NCBI GenBank assembly: GCA_029547745.1
Contig: JAKPOQ010000061.1
Location: 18,399 to 82,398, forward strand
From: Actinomycetes bacterium
GTDB lineage: Bacteria > Actinomycetota > Thermoleophilia > UBA2241
Direction of reading: 5' to 3'
Length of the DNA: 64,000 nucleotides
In this document: positions 54,113 to 63,964 of the stretch, in pieces
How positions within the stretch are numbered: the first letter of the stretch is position 1
Layout of the letters: each line of letters starts with the position of its first letter
Made by a program: the position numbers and the translations under genes
The notes under the pieces: generated by a model
The model's input: the letters and a program-made list of their open reading frames with translations, nothing else
What the model was told of the DNA's origin: nothing
Database searches by the model: none

Positions 54113-54931
54113 TCACGCGCGCCTCTCGAAGAGCAACTCGGTGGTGCCGACCTCGATCCGGTCGCCGGGCCGCAGGACGGCCTGGGTGACGGCGCGCCGG
54201 TTCACGCGTGTGCCGTTGGTGGACCCGAGGTCGCGGAGCACGACCTGCGAGCCCGTCAGCCGCAGCTCGGCGTGCTGCCGGGAGACGTTCGGGTCGGTGA
54301 GCACGATGTCGCAGCGGCGACTGCGACCGATGAGGTTCACAGCATTCGTGAGCTCGACGTCGATGCCCGGTCCGCGGACCGCGTAGCGCACAGCCGGCGC
54401 CGGCGGGCGCTCGTAGAGCACGGTCTGCGCCGGCGAGGCGCCGGCCGGCGGCGCGAGCGACGTTCCCGGCGCCGCAGCCGCGGCGGCCGCCGCGGCGACA
54501 GGCGCCGCAGGAGCCGGCCTCGCCGCCCCGGGCGCCGCCGCGACCTGCGCCGCCGCGTCGTCGACCGACACCGTGCGCGTGGCGATGCCGAACTCGCCCG
54601 TGCGCAAGTCGTCGTCCCGCTTCAGCTCGATGCGCGGTGCGGCCACCATCGTCCAGCCCTCACGACGGGCAAAGGCGGTGAGGTAGTTGGCGAGCTCGGT
54701 CTTCAGCGCGTCGCCGAGCGACGACAGCTTCTCGTGGTCGTCGCCGCCCAGGTAGACCTCGTACTCGTTGGGGACGAAGACGCTGGAGACGCCGAGCGTC
54801 TTGTGGTCGCCCATCTCTTTGGCCAGCTTGTGGGCGAGCTCCACGGGCTGGACGCTCGCCTTGAAGGCGCGCCCGAAGACGCCTTCGACCAGGCCCTCGA
54901 GCTTGCGCTCAGCCGACTTCAGCACGTTCAT
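54113..54931 (-). CDS. fhaA: FHA-domain protein FhaA (DUF3662 N-domain + FHA)
   Basis: MNVLKSAERKLEGLVEGVFGRAF DUF3662 start, C-terminal FHA (GRSRRCDIVLTDPNVSRQHAELRL..DLGSTNGTRVN). The start was trimmed to MNVLK. Confidence 0.8.
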   Translation of the reverse strand: MNVLKSAERKLEGLVEGVFGRAFKASVQPVELAHKLAKEMGDHKTLGVSSVFVPNEYEVYLGGDDHEKLSSLGDALKTELANYLTAFARREGWTMVAAPRIELKRDDDLRTGEFGIATRTVSVDDAAAQVAAAPGAARPAPAAPVAAAAAAAAAPGTSLAPPAGASPAQTVLYERPPAPAVRYAVRGPGIDVELTNAVNLIGRSRRCDIVLTDPNVSRQHAELRLTGSQVVLRDLGSTNGTRVNRRAVTQAVLRPGDRIEVGTTELLFERRA

Positions 54932-56612
54932 CGATTGGACCTTCCGTGGTGGGACTCGGCCACAGGAGCAGCGGCAAGAGTACCACGGCGGCTCCGACGA
55001 CGACACTCGCGAGGAGGTCGGTCAGGGCCGCCCTGTACCCCCACGCCGCGATCGGCACCGCACGGTACACCGTGAACAGCATCGCGAACCCGAGGGCCCA
55101 TATCCAGAGTCGCCGCACGGCCCCGCGGGCGCGGAGAGCGGCGCCCATCACGGCCGCGAGCGCGGCCCACACCGCCATCTGTGTGAGGCACGGCCACGAC
55201 AAGGCCACCCCGAGCACGTCGCGGGCCACCTCCAAAGGACCGTCCGCGCGGGCGAGTTCGCGGGCCAGGTGGCCGCGAGGCTGGAAGCCCGTGAACGGGC
55301 CCCGCGGGGCGCGCTCGAGGAGCAAAAAGAACATGGTCGCGGCGCCGGCCCAGGCGGCCGTGAGCGGGCCGCGCACGCGGCCCAGCACGGCCGCCCCCGC
55401 CGGCGCCAGGAGCGTGAGGTACAAGGGCGTGAGCAAGAGGGCGAGCACGGGCCACAGGGCGCACACCGGCCTCCCCCCTGTGAGCAGGAACAGGATGACG
55501 GCGAAGACGAGGTAGGCGATGCCGACACCGAGCGACACGTTGAACATCGGGAAGGCCATGACGGCGAGCAGCCAGGCGAGCCCGGCCCGTGGCACGACGG
55601 CCCACGCGCCCACGCTCAGGGCGACCAGGGGCAAGGTCCAGCTCGCCGGGTACGCCGGCAGCTTGGCGAGGACCGCGGCCGCCGCGACGCCCGCCAGGGC
55701 CGCGCCGCCGCCGCGCTCGACGACCGCGGCGGCGCGGCCCAGCGGGCGCACCACGCTCTGCGCGCGACGAAGCGCGCTCGTACCCAGCGCGCCGCTCTCG
55801 AGCAGGGCGCGCAGCGCATCGCTGAGCTCGCAGGCGTTCGGCCGCCGGCCCGGCTGCGCCTCGCAGGCGGCATCGATCAGCTCCGCCAAGCCCTCCGTCA
55901 GGTCGGGGCGCAGCTCACGCAGCGGCGGCAGCCGGTGCGCGGCGACGTTGGAAAGCGTCTCGGCCGCGCTCTCGCCACGCAGCGGGTTCCGGCCGGCCAG
56001 CAGCTCGTAGAGCACGATGCCGGCCGAGTACACGTCGCTCGCGGGACCGGCGCGCCGGCCGGCCGCCTGCTCCGGCGACATGTAGGCGAGCGTGCCGATC
56101 ACGTCGCCTTCCGCGGTGAGCGTCTCGGCGTCGATCATCAGAGCGATGCCGAAGTCCATGACCTTGACGCGCCCGTGTTCGTCGAGCATGACGTTCTGCG
56201 GTTTCACGTCACGGTGGACGATGCGTTGGCCGTGCGCATAGCCGAGGGCATCGAGGAGCTCGCTGCCGACGGCCGCCACGTCGGCGTCACTCAGGCGGCC
56301 GCCGAGCTCGGCGAGCGACCGCCCCACGACGAGCTCCCACACCAGGTAGCTCCGCTGACCGTCACTGAAGTAGTCGTACAGCGAGACGATGTTGGGGTGG
56401 CTCAGGGCGGTGGCCGCCTCGATCTCGCGGACGACCCGCGCCGCCATGCCCCGGCCTTCGCCGACGACCTTCAGGGCGACGTGTCGTCCGGTACGGCGGT
56501 CGCGCGCCTCGAAGACCTCGGCGAAGCCGCCGCTACCGAGGCGCGCGAGCACCTCGTAGCGCTCGCGCCAGGCGAGGTCAAGGGGGGTCGCGTTCTGTGT
56601 CGCCGCAGGCAT
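54909..56612 (-). CDS. Ser/Thr protein kinase with a large polytopic (>=8 TM) C-terminal membrane domain
   Basis: Kinase motifs GSGGFAEVF, HRDVKPQN, DFGIA, SPEQ. C-terminal ~300 aa highly hydrophobic. Confidence 0.8.
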   Translation of the reverse strand: MPAATQNATPLDLAWRERYEVLARLGSGGFAEVFEARDRRTGRHVALKVVGEGRGMAARVVREIEAATALSHPNIVSLYDYFSDGQRSYLVWELVVGRSLAELGGRLSDADVAAVGSELLDALGYAHGQRIVHRDVKPQNVMLDEHGRVKVMDFGIALMIDAETLTAEGDVIGTLAYMSPEQAAGRRAGPASDVYSAGIVLYELLAGRNPLRGESAAETLSNVAAHRLPPLRELRPDLTEGLAELIDAACEAQPGRRPNACELSDALRALLESGALGTSALRRAQSVVRPLGRAAAVVERGGGAALAGVAAAAVLAKLPAYPASWTLPLVALSVGAWAVVPRAGLAWLLAVMAFPMFNVSLGVGIAYLVFAVILFLLTGGRPVCALWPVLALLLTPLYLTLLAPAGAAVLGRVRGPLTAAWAGAATMFFLLLERAPRGPFTGFQPRGHLARELARADGPLEVARDVLGVALSWPCLTQMAVWAALAAVMGAALRARGAVRRLWIWALGFAMLFTVYRAVPIAAWGYRAALTDLLASVVVGAAVVLLPLLLWPSPTTEGPIDERAEVG

Positions 56613-56704
56613 GGAGGTTCGTTCGGTCCGCCCTCGCAGGCGGCGTTCGAAGATCGTCGTCGTGAGTATTCGGTATGGTACAATCCTGTCCCTGTACCGG
56701 CCGC

Positions 56705-56791
56705 TGGGCGAGTGGCGGAATTGGCAGACGCGCTAGGTTCAGGGTCTAGTGCACGTACGTGCATGCGGGTTCAAGTCCCGCCTCGCCCACC
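56705..56791 (+). tRNA. tRNA-Leu (anticodon CAG), long variable arm
   Basis: GGGCGAG-TG-GCGG-AATTGGCAG-ACGC..CTAGG-TTCAGGG-TCTAG..long variable arm..GCGGGTTCAAGTCCCGC-CTCGCCC-A-CCA. Near-identical architecture to E. coli tRNA-Leu(CAG). Confidence 0.88.
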
Positions 56792-56818
56792 ATCAGCCTC
56801 AGGGAGGGGGTTCGCTGC

Positions 56819-57901
56819 GTGGACTTCTTCGACGACGACGCGGACGCCGAGGCGCTTCCCCCCAGTCCACGGCCTCGCCGCCGCTCGAACCGCCGCCGTC
56901 TGCGCGTCCAGCGGCTGATCATCGCCCTCGCCATCCTCTTCGTCCTCATCTTCCTTCTCGCCTGGGGCGTGAGGAGCTGTCAGCACGAGCGCAAGGTCCA
57001 GTCCTATCGCGACTACCTGGGCTCCGTCGGCACGGCGATCGCCGACTCCGACGAGATCGGCAAGCAACTCGCCAAGATCGTCGCCGACCCCGGCAAGTAC
57101 GGCAGCGGCGACGAACTCAAGGCCGCCCTCGCCGACCTCGTCACCCGCCACGACGAGATCGCCACGCGCGTGGCGCGGCTCGACCACCCAGATGCTCTCG
57201 CCGCCGAGGCCGACGTCGTCGCCACCGGCATGAAGGTGCGCACGCGGGGACTCGACCTGGTGCGTAAGGCGATCGCCGCCGCGCTCAACCAGAAGAAGGG
57301 CGTCAAGCCGTCCGCGGTCACGGCGCTGGCCGGCTACCTGAGCGGACCGGACGCCTATTATCAGGCGCTGTTCTACGGCCCGGCACGACGGGCCATGAAG
57401 AACGACGGCGTCCAGGGCGTCAAGGTGCCCCTGTCCACGTACTACCTCAAGGCCGACATCCTCTCCGAAGCGAACGTCACCGCCATGCTCGAGCGACTCG
57501 GCGGCTCGGCGAAGCTCGGCGGCACGCACGGCGTCGCCCTCGACGGCGTGACCGCCCAGCCGTCGGGGACCGCCCTGGTGCGCGGCAAGAGCGTGCCGAT
57601 CCCTGCCTCGGCCGACCTGTCGTTCGAGGTGACGGTGGAAAACCAGGGCGACTCCGCCGAGGCCGACGTGCCGGTCGAAGTCGTGCTCATCCTCCCCGGC
57701 GGCGACAAGCTCAAGGAGACGGCGACGATCGCCGCCGTGGCCGCCGGCAAGAAGGCCACCGTCGCCGTCGAGGGCTTCCTGATGCCCGAGACGGCGATCA
57801 GCCGTGTGAGCACTCTGCGCGTCAAGGTCGGACCGGTCCCCAAGGAGCGGACGGTCACGAACAACTCGGCCACGTACCAGTTCCTGCTCCAGCTCCAGTA
57901 G
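56819..57901 (+). CDS. Hypothetical membrane-anchored/secreted protein
   Basis: Acidic/Arg-rich N-terminus, one TM helix (LIIALAILFVLIFLLAWGV), soluble ~300-aa C-domain. The ORF-track start overlaps the tRNA; the start was moved to GTG ~56819 (uncertain). Confidence 0.45.
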   Translation: MDFFDDDADAEALPPSPRPRRRSNRRRLRVQRLIIALAILFVLIFLLAWGVRSCQHERKVQSYRDYLGSVGTAIADSDEIGKQLAKIVADPGKYGSGDELKAALADLVTRHDEIATRVARLDHPDALAAEADVVATGMKVRTRGLDLVRKAIAAALNQKKGVKPSAVTALAGYLSGPDAYYQALFYGPARRAMKNDGVQGVKVPLSTYYLKADILSEANVTAMLERLGGSAKLGGTHGVALDGVTAQPSGTALVRGKSVPIPASADLSFEVTVENQGDSAEADVPVEVVLILPGGDKLKETATIAAVAAGKKATVAVEGFLMPETAISRVSTLRVKVGPVPKERTVTNNSATYQFLLQLQ

Positions 57902-57905
57902 CGTC

Positions 57906-58466
57906 GTGACGGAGACGCTACGCGACATCGCCCCGTACCTGGCGGCCGCCGCCCTCCTCGCCGCGGTCGTCCTCGCCGTCCTGCTGGTGCTGCAGTGGCG
58001 CGCCCTGCGTGCGCTGCGGCGCGCCCAGCTCGTCATTCTCGGCAGTCACGACGAGCGCGACATCATCGATCATGTGCAGACGCTCGACTCGGGAGTGCGC
58101 AACCTGCGCGAGGCAGTCGAGATCCTCACCGGTGAGGTCGCCGAGCAAGGACGGCGCCTGGACGAAGCGCTCACCAACCGAGCCGTCGTACGCTACGACG
58201 CCTTCCGCGACGCCGGGGGCGAGCAGAGCGCCTCGCTCGCCCTCCTCGACAACCACCGTTCCGGCATCGTCGTGAGCACGATCGCCGCCCGCGACTTCGC
58301 CCGTCTGTATGTGAAACACCTCGACCACGGCGTTCCCGACCGCGAGCTCTCACCCGAGGAGCGACGAGCCGTCGAGCAAGCCGTCCCGCGGCCCCTGTCG
58401 ATGACCGAGGACGACACAAGGGTGGTCGAAGACCGCCGAGAGGAGGCTGCTCGTGACCGAGAGTGA
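57906..58466 (+). CDS. DUF4446-family protein (N-terminal TM helix)
   Basis: 186 aa. Pattern and the position immediately upstream of pheA match actinobacterial DUF4446 genes. Confidence 0.5.
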   Translation: MTETLRDIAPYLAAAALLAAVVLAVLLVLQWRALRALRRAQLVILGSHDERDIIDHVQTLDSGVRNLREAVEILTGEVAEQGRRLDEALTNRAVVRYDAFRDAGGEQSASLALLDNHRSGIVVSTIAARDFARLYVKHLDHGVPDRELSPEERRAVEQAVPRPLSMTEDDTRVVEDRREEAARDRE

Positions 58467-59301
58467 CACGAAGAGGCGGGTGGCCTTCCTCGGTCCCGAA
58501 GGGACGTTCACCGAAGAGGCGCTCCTCGCCAACATGCCCGGTGAGGGGCTGCACCCGTTCCCGTACCCTTCCATCCGCGACGTCCTGAACGCCGTGAGGG
58601 ACGGCGCGGCCGACCTCGGCCTCGTACCCATCGAGAATTCCCTCGAAGGCTCCGTCGCGCTCACGCTCGACCTGCTCGCCTTCGACGTCGACGACCTCAC
58701 CATCGTCCGCGAGGTCACCCATCCCGTCCACCATCAGCTCATCGCCCGGCGGCCGCTCGAGCTCGGGGAGATCACCAAGGTCATCAGCCACCCCCACGCC
58801 TACGGGCAGTGCCGCGCCTTCCTCGAGGAGCACCTCCCCGGGGTCGAGCACGAAGCGGCGAACTCGACGGCCGAGGCGGTGCGCACCGTGAGCCGTGTCG
58901 ACCGCCCCTGGGCGGCGATCGGCACACGCCTGTCAGCCGAGATGTACGAGGGCGTCGTCGTGCGCGAGGACATCGAGGATTCGCCCGAGAACCGCACGCG
59001 CTTCGTCTTCCTCGCCCGCGACGCCGCCCCGCAGGACCTCGATGCCCCCTACAAGACGAGCATCATCTGCGGGATCGGCCAGGACGAGCCCGGCAGCCTG
59101 CTGCTGATCCTCTCTGAGTTCGCCTACCGGCGCATCAACCTCACGAAAGTCGAGTCGCGACCTTCCAAGCTCGCCCTCGGCCACTACATCTTCTTCATCG
59201 ACTTCGAAGGACGTGCCGGGGACGACCGGGCGGCGCAGACGCTCAAGTGCCTCGCCTGCAAGCTTCCCTGGCTGAAGGTCCTCGGTTCATACCCGACCTG
59301 A
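58453..59301 (+). CDS. pheA: Prephenate dehydratase
   Basis: PDT domain (VAFLGPEGTFTEEA.., ESRP signature TRFVFL) plus C-terminal ACT domain. Confidence 0.85.
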   Translation: MTESDTKRRVAFLGPEGTFTEEALLANMPGEGLHPFPYPSIRDVLNAVRDGAADLGLVPIENSLEGSVALTLDLLAFDVDDLTIVREVTHPVHHQLIARRPLELGEITKVISHPHAYGQCRAFLEEHLPGVEHEAANSTAEAVRTVSRVDRPWAAIGTRLSAEMYEGVVVREDIEDSPENRTRFVFLARDAAPQDLDAPYKTSIICGIGQDEPGSLLLILSEFAYRRINLTKVESRPSKLALGHYIFFIDFEGRAGDDRAAQTLKCLACKLPWLKVLGSYPT

Positions 59302-59325
59302 GACCCGACCTCAGGAGGTGCGACG

Positions 59326-59790
59326 ATGACAGACCTCAAGGTCACGATCCGTGAAGCGACGCCCGCCGACCACGGCATGCTGCTGCTCCTCGCCGACGAG
59401 TGCCTGCTGCCGCTCGCCCGTCGCGCCGGGCACCCGGAACGATATCAGCGAAGCCGCCTGCTCGAGCTCTTCCGGCGCGCCCAGCTCTATGTCGCCGAGT
59501 CGGAGGGGCGCGAGATCGCCGGGTGGGTCGCCTTCGAAGAGGACGGAGGCGACGTCGAACTGCGTTGCTTCTGTGTCAACCCCGGGTTCGAGGCGGAGAA
59601 GGTGGCAAACCACCTGCTCGACTGGGTCGAGGGTCTCGCCATCGCCCGCGGGCGTGAGCGGCTGACCGCCTTCGTGCCGACGGTCGACGGGCCTTCGCTC
59701 CACTTGTACCACGGCCACGGATTCACGACCCATGCCGACGAGGAGCGCCCCGACATGATCGTCGTCGACAAACCACTGCCGCGCGGCTGA
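59326..59790 (+). CDS. GNAT-family N-acetyltransferase
   Basis: 154 aa. Acetyl-CoA motif A region (LRCFCVNPGFEAEKVANHLLDWV). Confidence 0.75.
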   Translation: MTDLKVTIREATPADHGMLLLLADECLLPLARRAGHPERYQRSRLLELFRRAQLYVAESEGREIAGWVAFEEDGGDVELRCFCVNPGFEAEKVANHLLDWVEGLAIARGRERLTAFVPTVDGPSLHLYHGHGFTTHADEERPDMIVVDKPLPRG

Positions 59791-59805
59791 CCAGGAGCGA
59801 AGGCG

Positions 59806-60681
59806 ATGCGGATCACTGTTCTCAGCGTGCCATACGACCTCGGACGTGAAGGAGAAGGGGTGGCGCTGGGACCCGGGAGGTATCTGGACGGAGGCCTGGT
59901 GGCCGCGCTCTGCGAGCGCGGCCACCAGGCCTCCGTCGTCGCCGTCGAGCGCCCGGAACCCTTCACCGACGAACTCAGCGCCGTCGTCGGCATCGCCCGC
60001 GTCCTGGCCGGGGAGGCACGGCGAGCCGTCGCATCCGGGTCGTTCCCTCTCGTCGCCGGCGGCAACTGTAACGTCGCCCTGGGCATGACGGCCGGCTTGG
60101 GCCCTGCCGACACGGCGGTGGTGTGGTTTGACGCCCATGGCGACTACAACACCCCGCAGACGACGCCGAGCGGCTTCCTCGACGGCATGCCGCTCGCGAT
60201 GGCGACCGGACGCGCGCACGGCGACGCCTGGGCGCAGAAGATGGGCGCCGTCGACCCGCGCGCCGTCATCCACATCGGCGGCCGAGATCTCGACCCGGGA
60301 GAGGTCGAGGGGTTCGCGGCCGACGGGGTGCACGTCGTGACAGGCGCGGGCGGCGAGGGGGGCGAGGGCGGCCTCGCCGCCCTCGCCCCCCTCGCCGCCC
60401 GCGCCTACGTGCACGTCGACATCGATGTCCTCGACCTTGCCGTGGCCCCCGGCGTCGACTTCCCCTCGCCGGGCGGCCTCACCCCGGAAGAGGTCGTCGC
60501 CGCGACCACCGTCATTGCCGCGGCACTGCCCGTCGCGGGGCTGTCAGTGACGTCCTACGACCCGAGCCGCGACGACGCGCGCGGCACGACACTGGCGACG
60601 GGCATCGACCTCATGTGCCGCCTCGTCGACACGGTCGCGTCCGCCCGACGCTCTAGGCGCGACGCGACGCGGCTTCAGTAG
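59806..60681 (+). CDS. Arginase-family hydrolase (arginase / agmatinase / formiminoglutamase-like); terminates with TAG
   Basis: Mn-binding motifs FDAHGDYNT, HVDIDVLD, (S)xDxDxxDP region. Contains a 25-bp-arm perfect palindrome encoding GAGGEGGEGGLAALAPLAARA. Confidence 0.75.
   Translation: MRITVLSVPYDLGREGEGVALGPGRYLDGGLVAALCERGHQASVVAVERPEPFTDELSAVVGIARVLAGEARRAVASGSFPLVAGGNCNVALGMTAGLGPADTAVVWFDAHGDYNTPQTTPSGFLDGMPLAMATGRAHGDAWAQKMGAVDPRAVIHIGGRDLDPGEVEGFAADGVHVVTGAGGEGGEGGLAALAPLAARAYVHVDIDVLDLAVAPGVDFPSPGGLTPEEVVAATTVIAAALPVAGLSVTSYDPSRDDARGTTLATGIDLMCRLVDTVASARRSRRDATRLQ
60347..60401. repeat. Perfect inverted repeat (25-bp arms, 5-nt spacer) inside the arginase-family coding sequence
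   Basis: CGGGCGGCGAGGGGGGCGAGGGCGG-cctcg-CCGCCCTCGCCCCCCTCGCCGCCCG. Both strands encode almost the same peptide. Confidence 0.8.
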
Positions 60682-61949
60682 TACAGGTACAGCCGCTCGC
60701 CGACGAAGGCGCGGTCGTAGACCCAGTCGCACACCCACAGCGGCTCGCGCACGCAGCCGTGACTTGCGGGATACGGGGGCACGACCGGGTAGCCGTGGAT
60801 ACCCATCTCGCCGTAGAAGGTCATGAAGCGCGGCAGCGGGACCGTGCCGTCGTACGTCGCGCTCACCGGGTTCTTGGCGAGGATGCGGAAGGCGCCCTCC
60901 GGGGTGTTGCCGGTCGCCCCCGTGGACACGGGGACGACGCCGATGACGGCGCGGTCGCGCACCAGCATCAGGATCTGACGACCCTCGTCGATCTCGAGGT
61001 GCCGCGCCGGTGATCCGTACCTCGGCTTCACGAGGGTCGCGCGGTCGAGCTTCCGCCAGTCGGCCTCGTTCATGATGTAGTCGCGGGCGACGCGGTACGT
61101 CTTCTGGAAGCAGACGACGGCGTCCGCGACCTGGCGCGTGTACGTCGTACCGGTGCCGGGGGTGCAGATACGCAGCCGCCGGAGCTGGACGAGCACGCCT
61201 TTCACGCGCAAGCCCTTCGAACCCACGGCCAAGCGTCGCCACTCGAGCTTCACGGTCTTCTTGACCTCACGCGCGCCGTAGGCGGCCGTCGGCTCCAGGG
61301 CGAAGCGCACGTTGAACCAGCCGATGCCGCGCAGCGGGACGAGCAGGACGGCGCGACCGTCGCGGACGCGCCCGCGGACGGTCGCCACCCGGCGGTCGTG
61401 ATGGAAGACCCGTGCCGTGACCGCGCTGTCGTAGACGGCCGGGCCGACGTTCAACACGAAGCGCGCCCGAAGGAAGGGGATGAGCTTGCCGTGCGTGACG
61501 TCGACCGCGGGACGGACGACAAGCGGGACCGCAGGGCCGAGCGTCCCGTCGGCGCTCAGGCGCGCGACGACGTCGCCGCTCCGCGCCGGCGTGAACTCGA
61601 GCGCATAGGCCCCGGTCGCGTCGGTGAGCGCCACGCCGACGTCCACGCCGGCGAGAGCGACGACGACCTCCTGACCCTCGACGGCCGGGTCGACGAGGCC
61701 GCCGGCGACGACGGCGCCGCCGTACACCACGCTCGCCTGTGAAAGCTGCAGAGTCACGGTGGCCGCCGCCGCAGGGGCGGCCGCCGTCAGAGCGCTCGCG
61801 GCGCACGCCGCGAGCGCCAGCAGCGCGGCCGCCCACAGCCGGCGGCGACGTCCCGGCCCACGACGGGCGCCGCGGTGTGCGCCGTGGTGTGCTGACCCGA
61901 GCGCGCACGGACGCGCGATCTCACCGTTCTTTCGGACGATCCCGCTCAT
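60675..61949 (-). CDS. L,D-transpeptidase (YkuD domain) with a signal peptide and Ig-like/beta-rich N-terminal region
   Basis: C-terminal YkuD catalytic motif (HGYPVVPPYPASHGCVRE). A signal peptide lies after MSGIVRK... It is convergent with and overlaps the arginase gene by 7 nt. Confidence 0.75.
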   Translation of the reverse strand: MSGIVRKNGEIARPCALGSAHHGAHRGARRGPGRRRRLWAAALLALAACAASALTAAAPAAAATVTLQLSQASVVYGGAVVAGGLVDPAVEGQEVVVALAGVDVGVALTDATGAYALEFTPARSGDVVARLSADGTLGPAVPLVVRPAVDVTHGKLIPFLRARFVLNVGPAVYDSAVTARVFHHDRRVATVRGRVRDGRAVLLVPLRGIGWFNVRFALEPTAAYGAREVKKTVKLEWRRLAVGSKGLRVKGVLVQLRRLRICTPGTGTTYTRQVADAVVCFQKTYRVARDYIMNEADWRKLDRATLVKPRYGSPARHLEIDEGRQILMLVRDRAVIGVVPVSTGATGNTPEGAFRILAKNPVSATYDGTVPLPRFMTFYGEMGIHGYPVVPPYPASHGCVREPLWVCDWVYDRAFVGERLYLYY

Positions 61950-62006
61950 GCACCATCCAGTATCGGATGAAGGCCGCGATTCCTGCACTGCCGACGCCGC
62001 TTCCCG

Positions 62007-62042
62007 TCTCGCCCCGCGACGAGACTCTCGCCCCGCGACGAG
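62007..62042. repeat. Tandem 17-19-nt direct repeat (CTCTCGCCCCGCGACGAG x2) in the ykuD/serS divergent promoter region
   Basis: Two adjacent copies. Confidence 0.6.
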
Positions 62043-62197
62043 GCACTCGCAGCTCGAACAGGCTCTCGTCCCGCGCCCACGCTCTCGCTGCGCCGGCACG
62101 CCCGCGCTCGCGGCAGCCTAATGTAGCATTATCTGCAGCCGCGGGCGCGCGTTCCGGCGCCGGCCCGCGGCCGGCCCTGCCCACGCGAGGAGTCCGC

Positions 62198-63454
62198 ATG
62201 CTCGACATCAAGCTGATCCGCTCGAACCCGGAGCTGGTGCGCGCATCCCTGCAGCGCCGGGGCAGCACCCAGTCCCTGGATGAGTTCCTCGCCGTCGAGG
62301 CCGAGCGTCGCCGACTCACGACCGAGGTCGAGGCCATGCGCGCGCGGCGCAAGTCCGCCTCGGACGAGATCGCCAGGGTGAAGAAGGCAGGCGGCGACGC
62401 CGCCGAGGCGATCGCCGCCATGCGCGCCCTGGGCGAGACCATCAAGGAGCGCGAACGCGCGCTCGACGAGATCGAGTCCCGCCTGCGCGCCATGCTCCTC
62501 GAGATCCCCAACCTCGTCCTCGACGACGTCCCTCCCGGCGGCGAGGACGACGCCGTTGAACTCCGCCGCATCGGCGAGCCGCCGTCGTTCGACTTCGCCC
62601 CCAAGGACCACCTCGACCTCGGCACCGCCCTCGACCTCATCGACATGGAGCGCGCCGCCAAGGCGAGCGGCTCCCGCTTCGCCTACCTGAAGGGCGACCT
62701 CGTCACGCTGCAGTTCGCCCTCGTGCGCCTCGGCCTGGAGATCGTCGCCGGCAGGGGCTTCCGCCCCGTCGTTCCGCCTGTCCTCGTGCGCGAAGAGGCC
62801 ATGTACGGGACGGGCTTCCTTCCCACCGACGAGCAGCAGATCTACCGCACGACCGACGGCGACTGCCTCGTCGGCACCTCGGAGGTCCCCCTCGCCGCCA
62901 TGCACATGGACGAGTTCCTCGAGGCCGAGCGCCTTCCCCTGCGCTATGCCGGCTACTCGACCTGCTTCCGTCGCGAGGCCGGAGCCGCCGGCAAGGACAC
63001 GCGCGGCATCCTGCGCGTCCACCAGTTCGACAAGCTCGAGATGTTCTCGTTCTGCCTGCCGGAGCAGGCCGAGGCCGAACACGCGCTCATCTTGTCGGTC
63101 CAGGAAGAGATCCTCCGACTCCTCGGGATCCCGTACCGCGTGGTCAACATCGCCGCCGGTGACTTGGGTGCTCCGGCGGCGAAGAAGTACGACTGCGAGG
63201 CGTGGCTCCCCGGTCAGGGCCGCTACCGCGAGGTGACGAGCTGCTCGAACTGCACCGACTACCAGGCGCGGCGTTTGAACTGCCGCTACCGCACCGACAA
63301 GGGTCCGCGTTTCGTCTACACGCTGAACGGGACGTGCATCGCCATCGGGCGGACGATCATCGCCATCATGGAGAACTACCAGCGCGCCGACGGCAGTATC
63401 GCGGTGCCCGAGGCCCTGCGCCCGTACATGGGCAAGGAGACGCTGGGAAGCTGA
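62198..63454 (+). CDS. serS: Seryl-tRNA synthetase
   Basis: MLDIKLIRSNPELV start, N-terminal coiled-coil, class II motifs 1-3 (..FRRE.., GLYRVHQFDKLEMF.., G.GRT..A..E). 418 aa, RBS GAGGAG. Confidence 0.92.
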   Translation: MLDIKLIRSNPELVRASLQRRGSTQSLDEFLAVEAERRRLTTEVEAMRARRKSASDEIARVKKAGGDAAEAIAAMRALGETIKERERALDEIESRLRAMLLEIPNLVLDDVPPGGEDDAVELRRIGEPPSFDFAPKDHLDLGTALDLIDMERAAKASGSRFAYLKGDLVTLQFALVRLGLEIVAGRGFRPVVPPVLVREEAMYGTGFLPTDEQQIYRTTDGDCLVGTSEVPLAAMHMDEFLEAERLPLRYAGYSTCFRREAGAAGKDTRGILRVHQFDKLEMFSFCLPEQAEAEHALILSVQEEILRLLGIPYRVVNIAAGDLGAPAAKKYDCEAWLPGQGRYREVTSCSNCTDYQARRLNCRYRTDKGPRFVYTLNGTCIAIGRTIIAIMENYQRADGSIAVPEALRPYMGKETLGS

Positions 63455-63513
63455 GCGCCCGGCATACACCGGCGGCGCGACGCGGTCTCACGGCGACCCT
63501 CGCGTCAGGTGTG

Positions 63514-63537
63514 GACGCGCCCGAGCGCGGGCGCGTC
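63514..63537. terminator. Stem-loop (10-bp arms) between the convergent serS and the downstream minus-strand gene, nested with a second 6-bp inverted repeat
   Basis: GACGCGCCCG-agcg-CGGGCGCGTC, preceded by CGCGTC-aggtgtg-GACGCG. Confidence 0.4.
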
Positions 63538-63964
63538 AGTCGACCGGCTCGGCGTCGCCGAACCCCGGCCCGGCGCCGTTCTCGCGCCACGGGATGAGGT
63601 AGCAGCTCACGTCCAGGGCAGGGAACGCGTTCTCGATGAGAGTGCGTACCCGACGCAGATCGCGTGCGAGGATCTCTTCCTGGTCGAACCCGAGTCCGCC
63701 GAGGGCGCGCTCATAGGCACGGCAGTCCTGATGCGAGACGAGGACCACCTTGCGCACGCCGTTGCCCTCGACGAGAGTCGTGAGGCACCCCATCGCCACC
63801 CGCCGTTCCATGCCGGGACGGACGAGCACGAGCGGCCCGCCGGGGACGAGCATGCGGTCCGCGGCCTCGATCCCGAGCTGAGAGAGAAGACGCGCGAGCG
63901 GCTCGGCCAGGCGGCCGTCGCTGCAAGCGATGACGAGGTGCTCCATGGGGGCGCAGTATCCCAT
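63536..63964 (-). CDS. Hypothetical protein (142 aa)
   Basis: ORF with GC3 bias. A weak CSDGR ... HQDC pattern is reminiscent of a beta-carbonic-anhydrase-like Zn site, but the protein is too short to call. Confidence 0.35.
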   Translation of the reverse strand: MGYCAPMEHLVIACSDGRLAEPLARLLSQLGIEAADRMLVPGGPLVLVRPGMERRVAMGCLTTLVEGNGVRKVVLVSHQDCRAYERALGGLGFDQEEILARDLRRVRTLIENAFPALDVSCYLIPWRENGAGPGFGDAEPVD

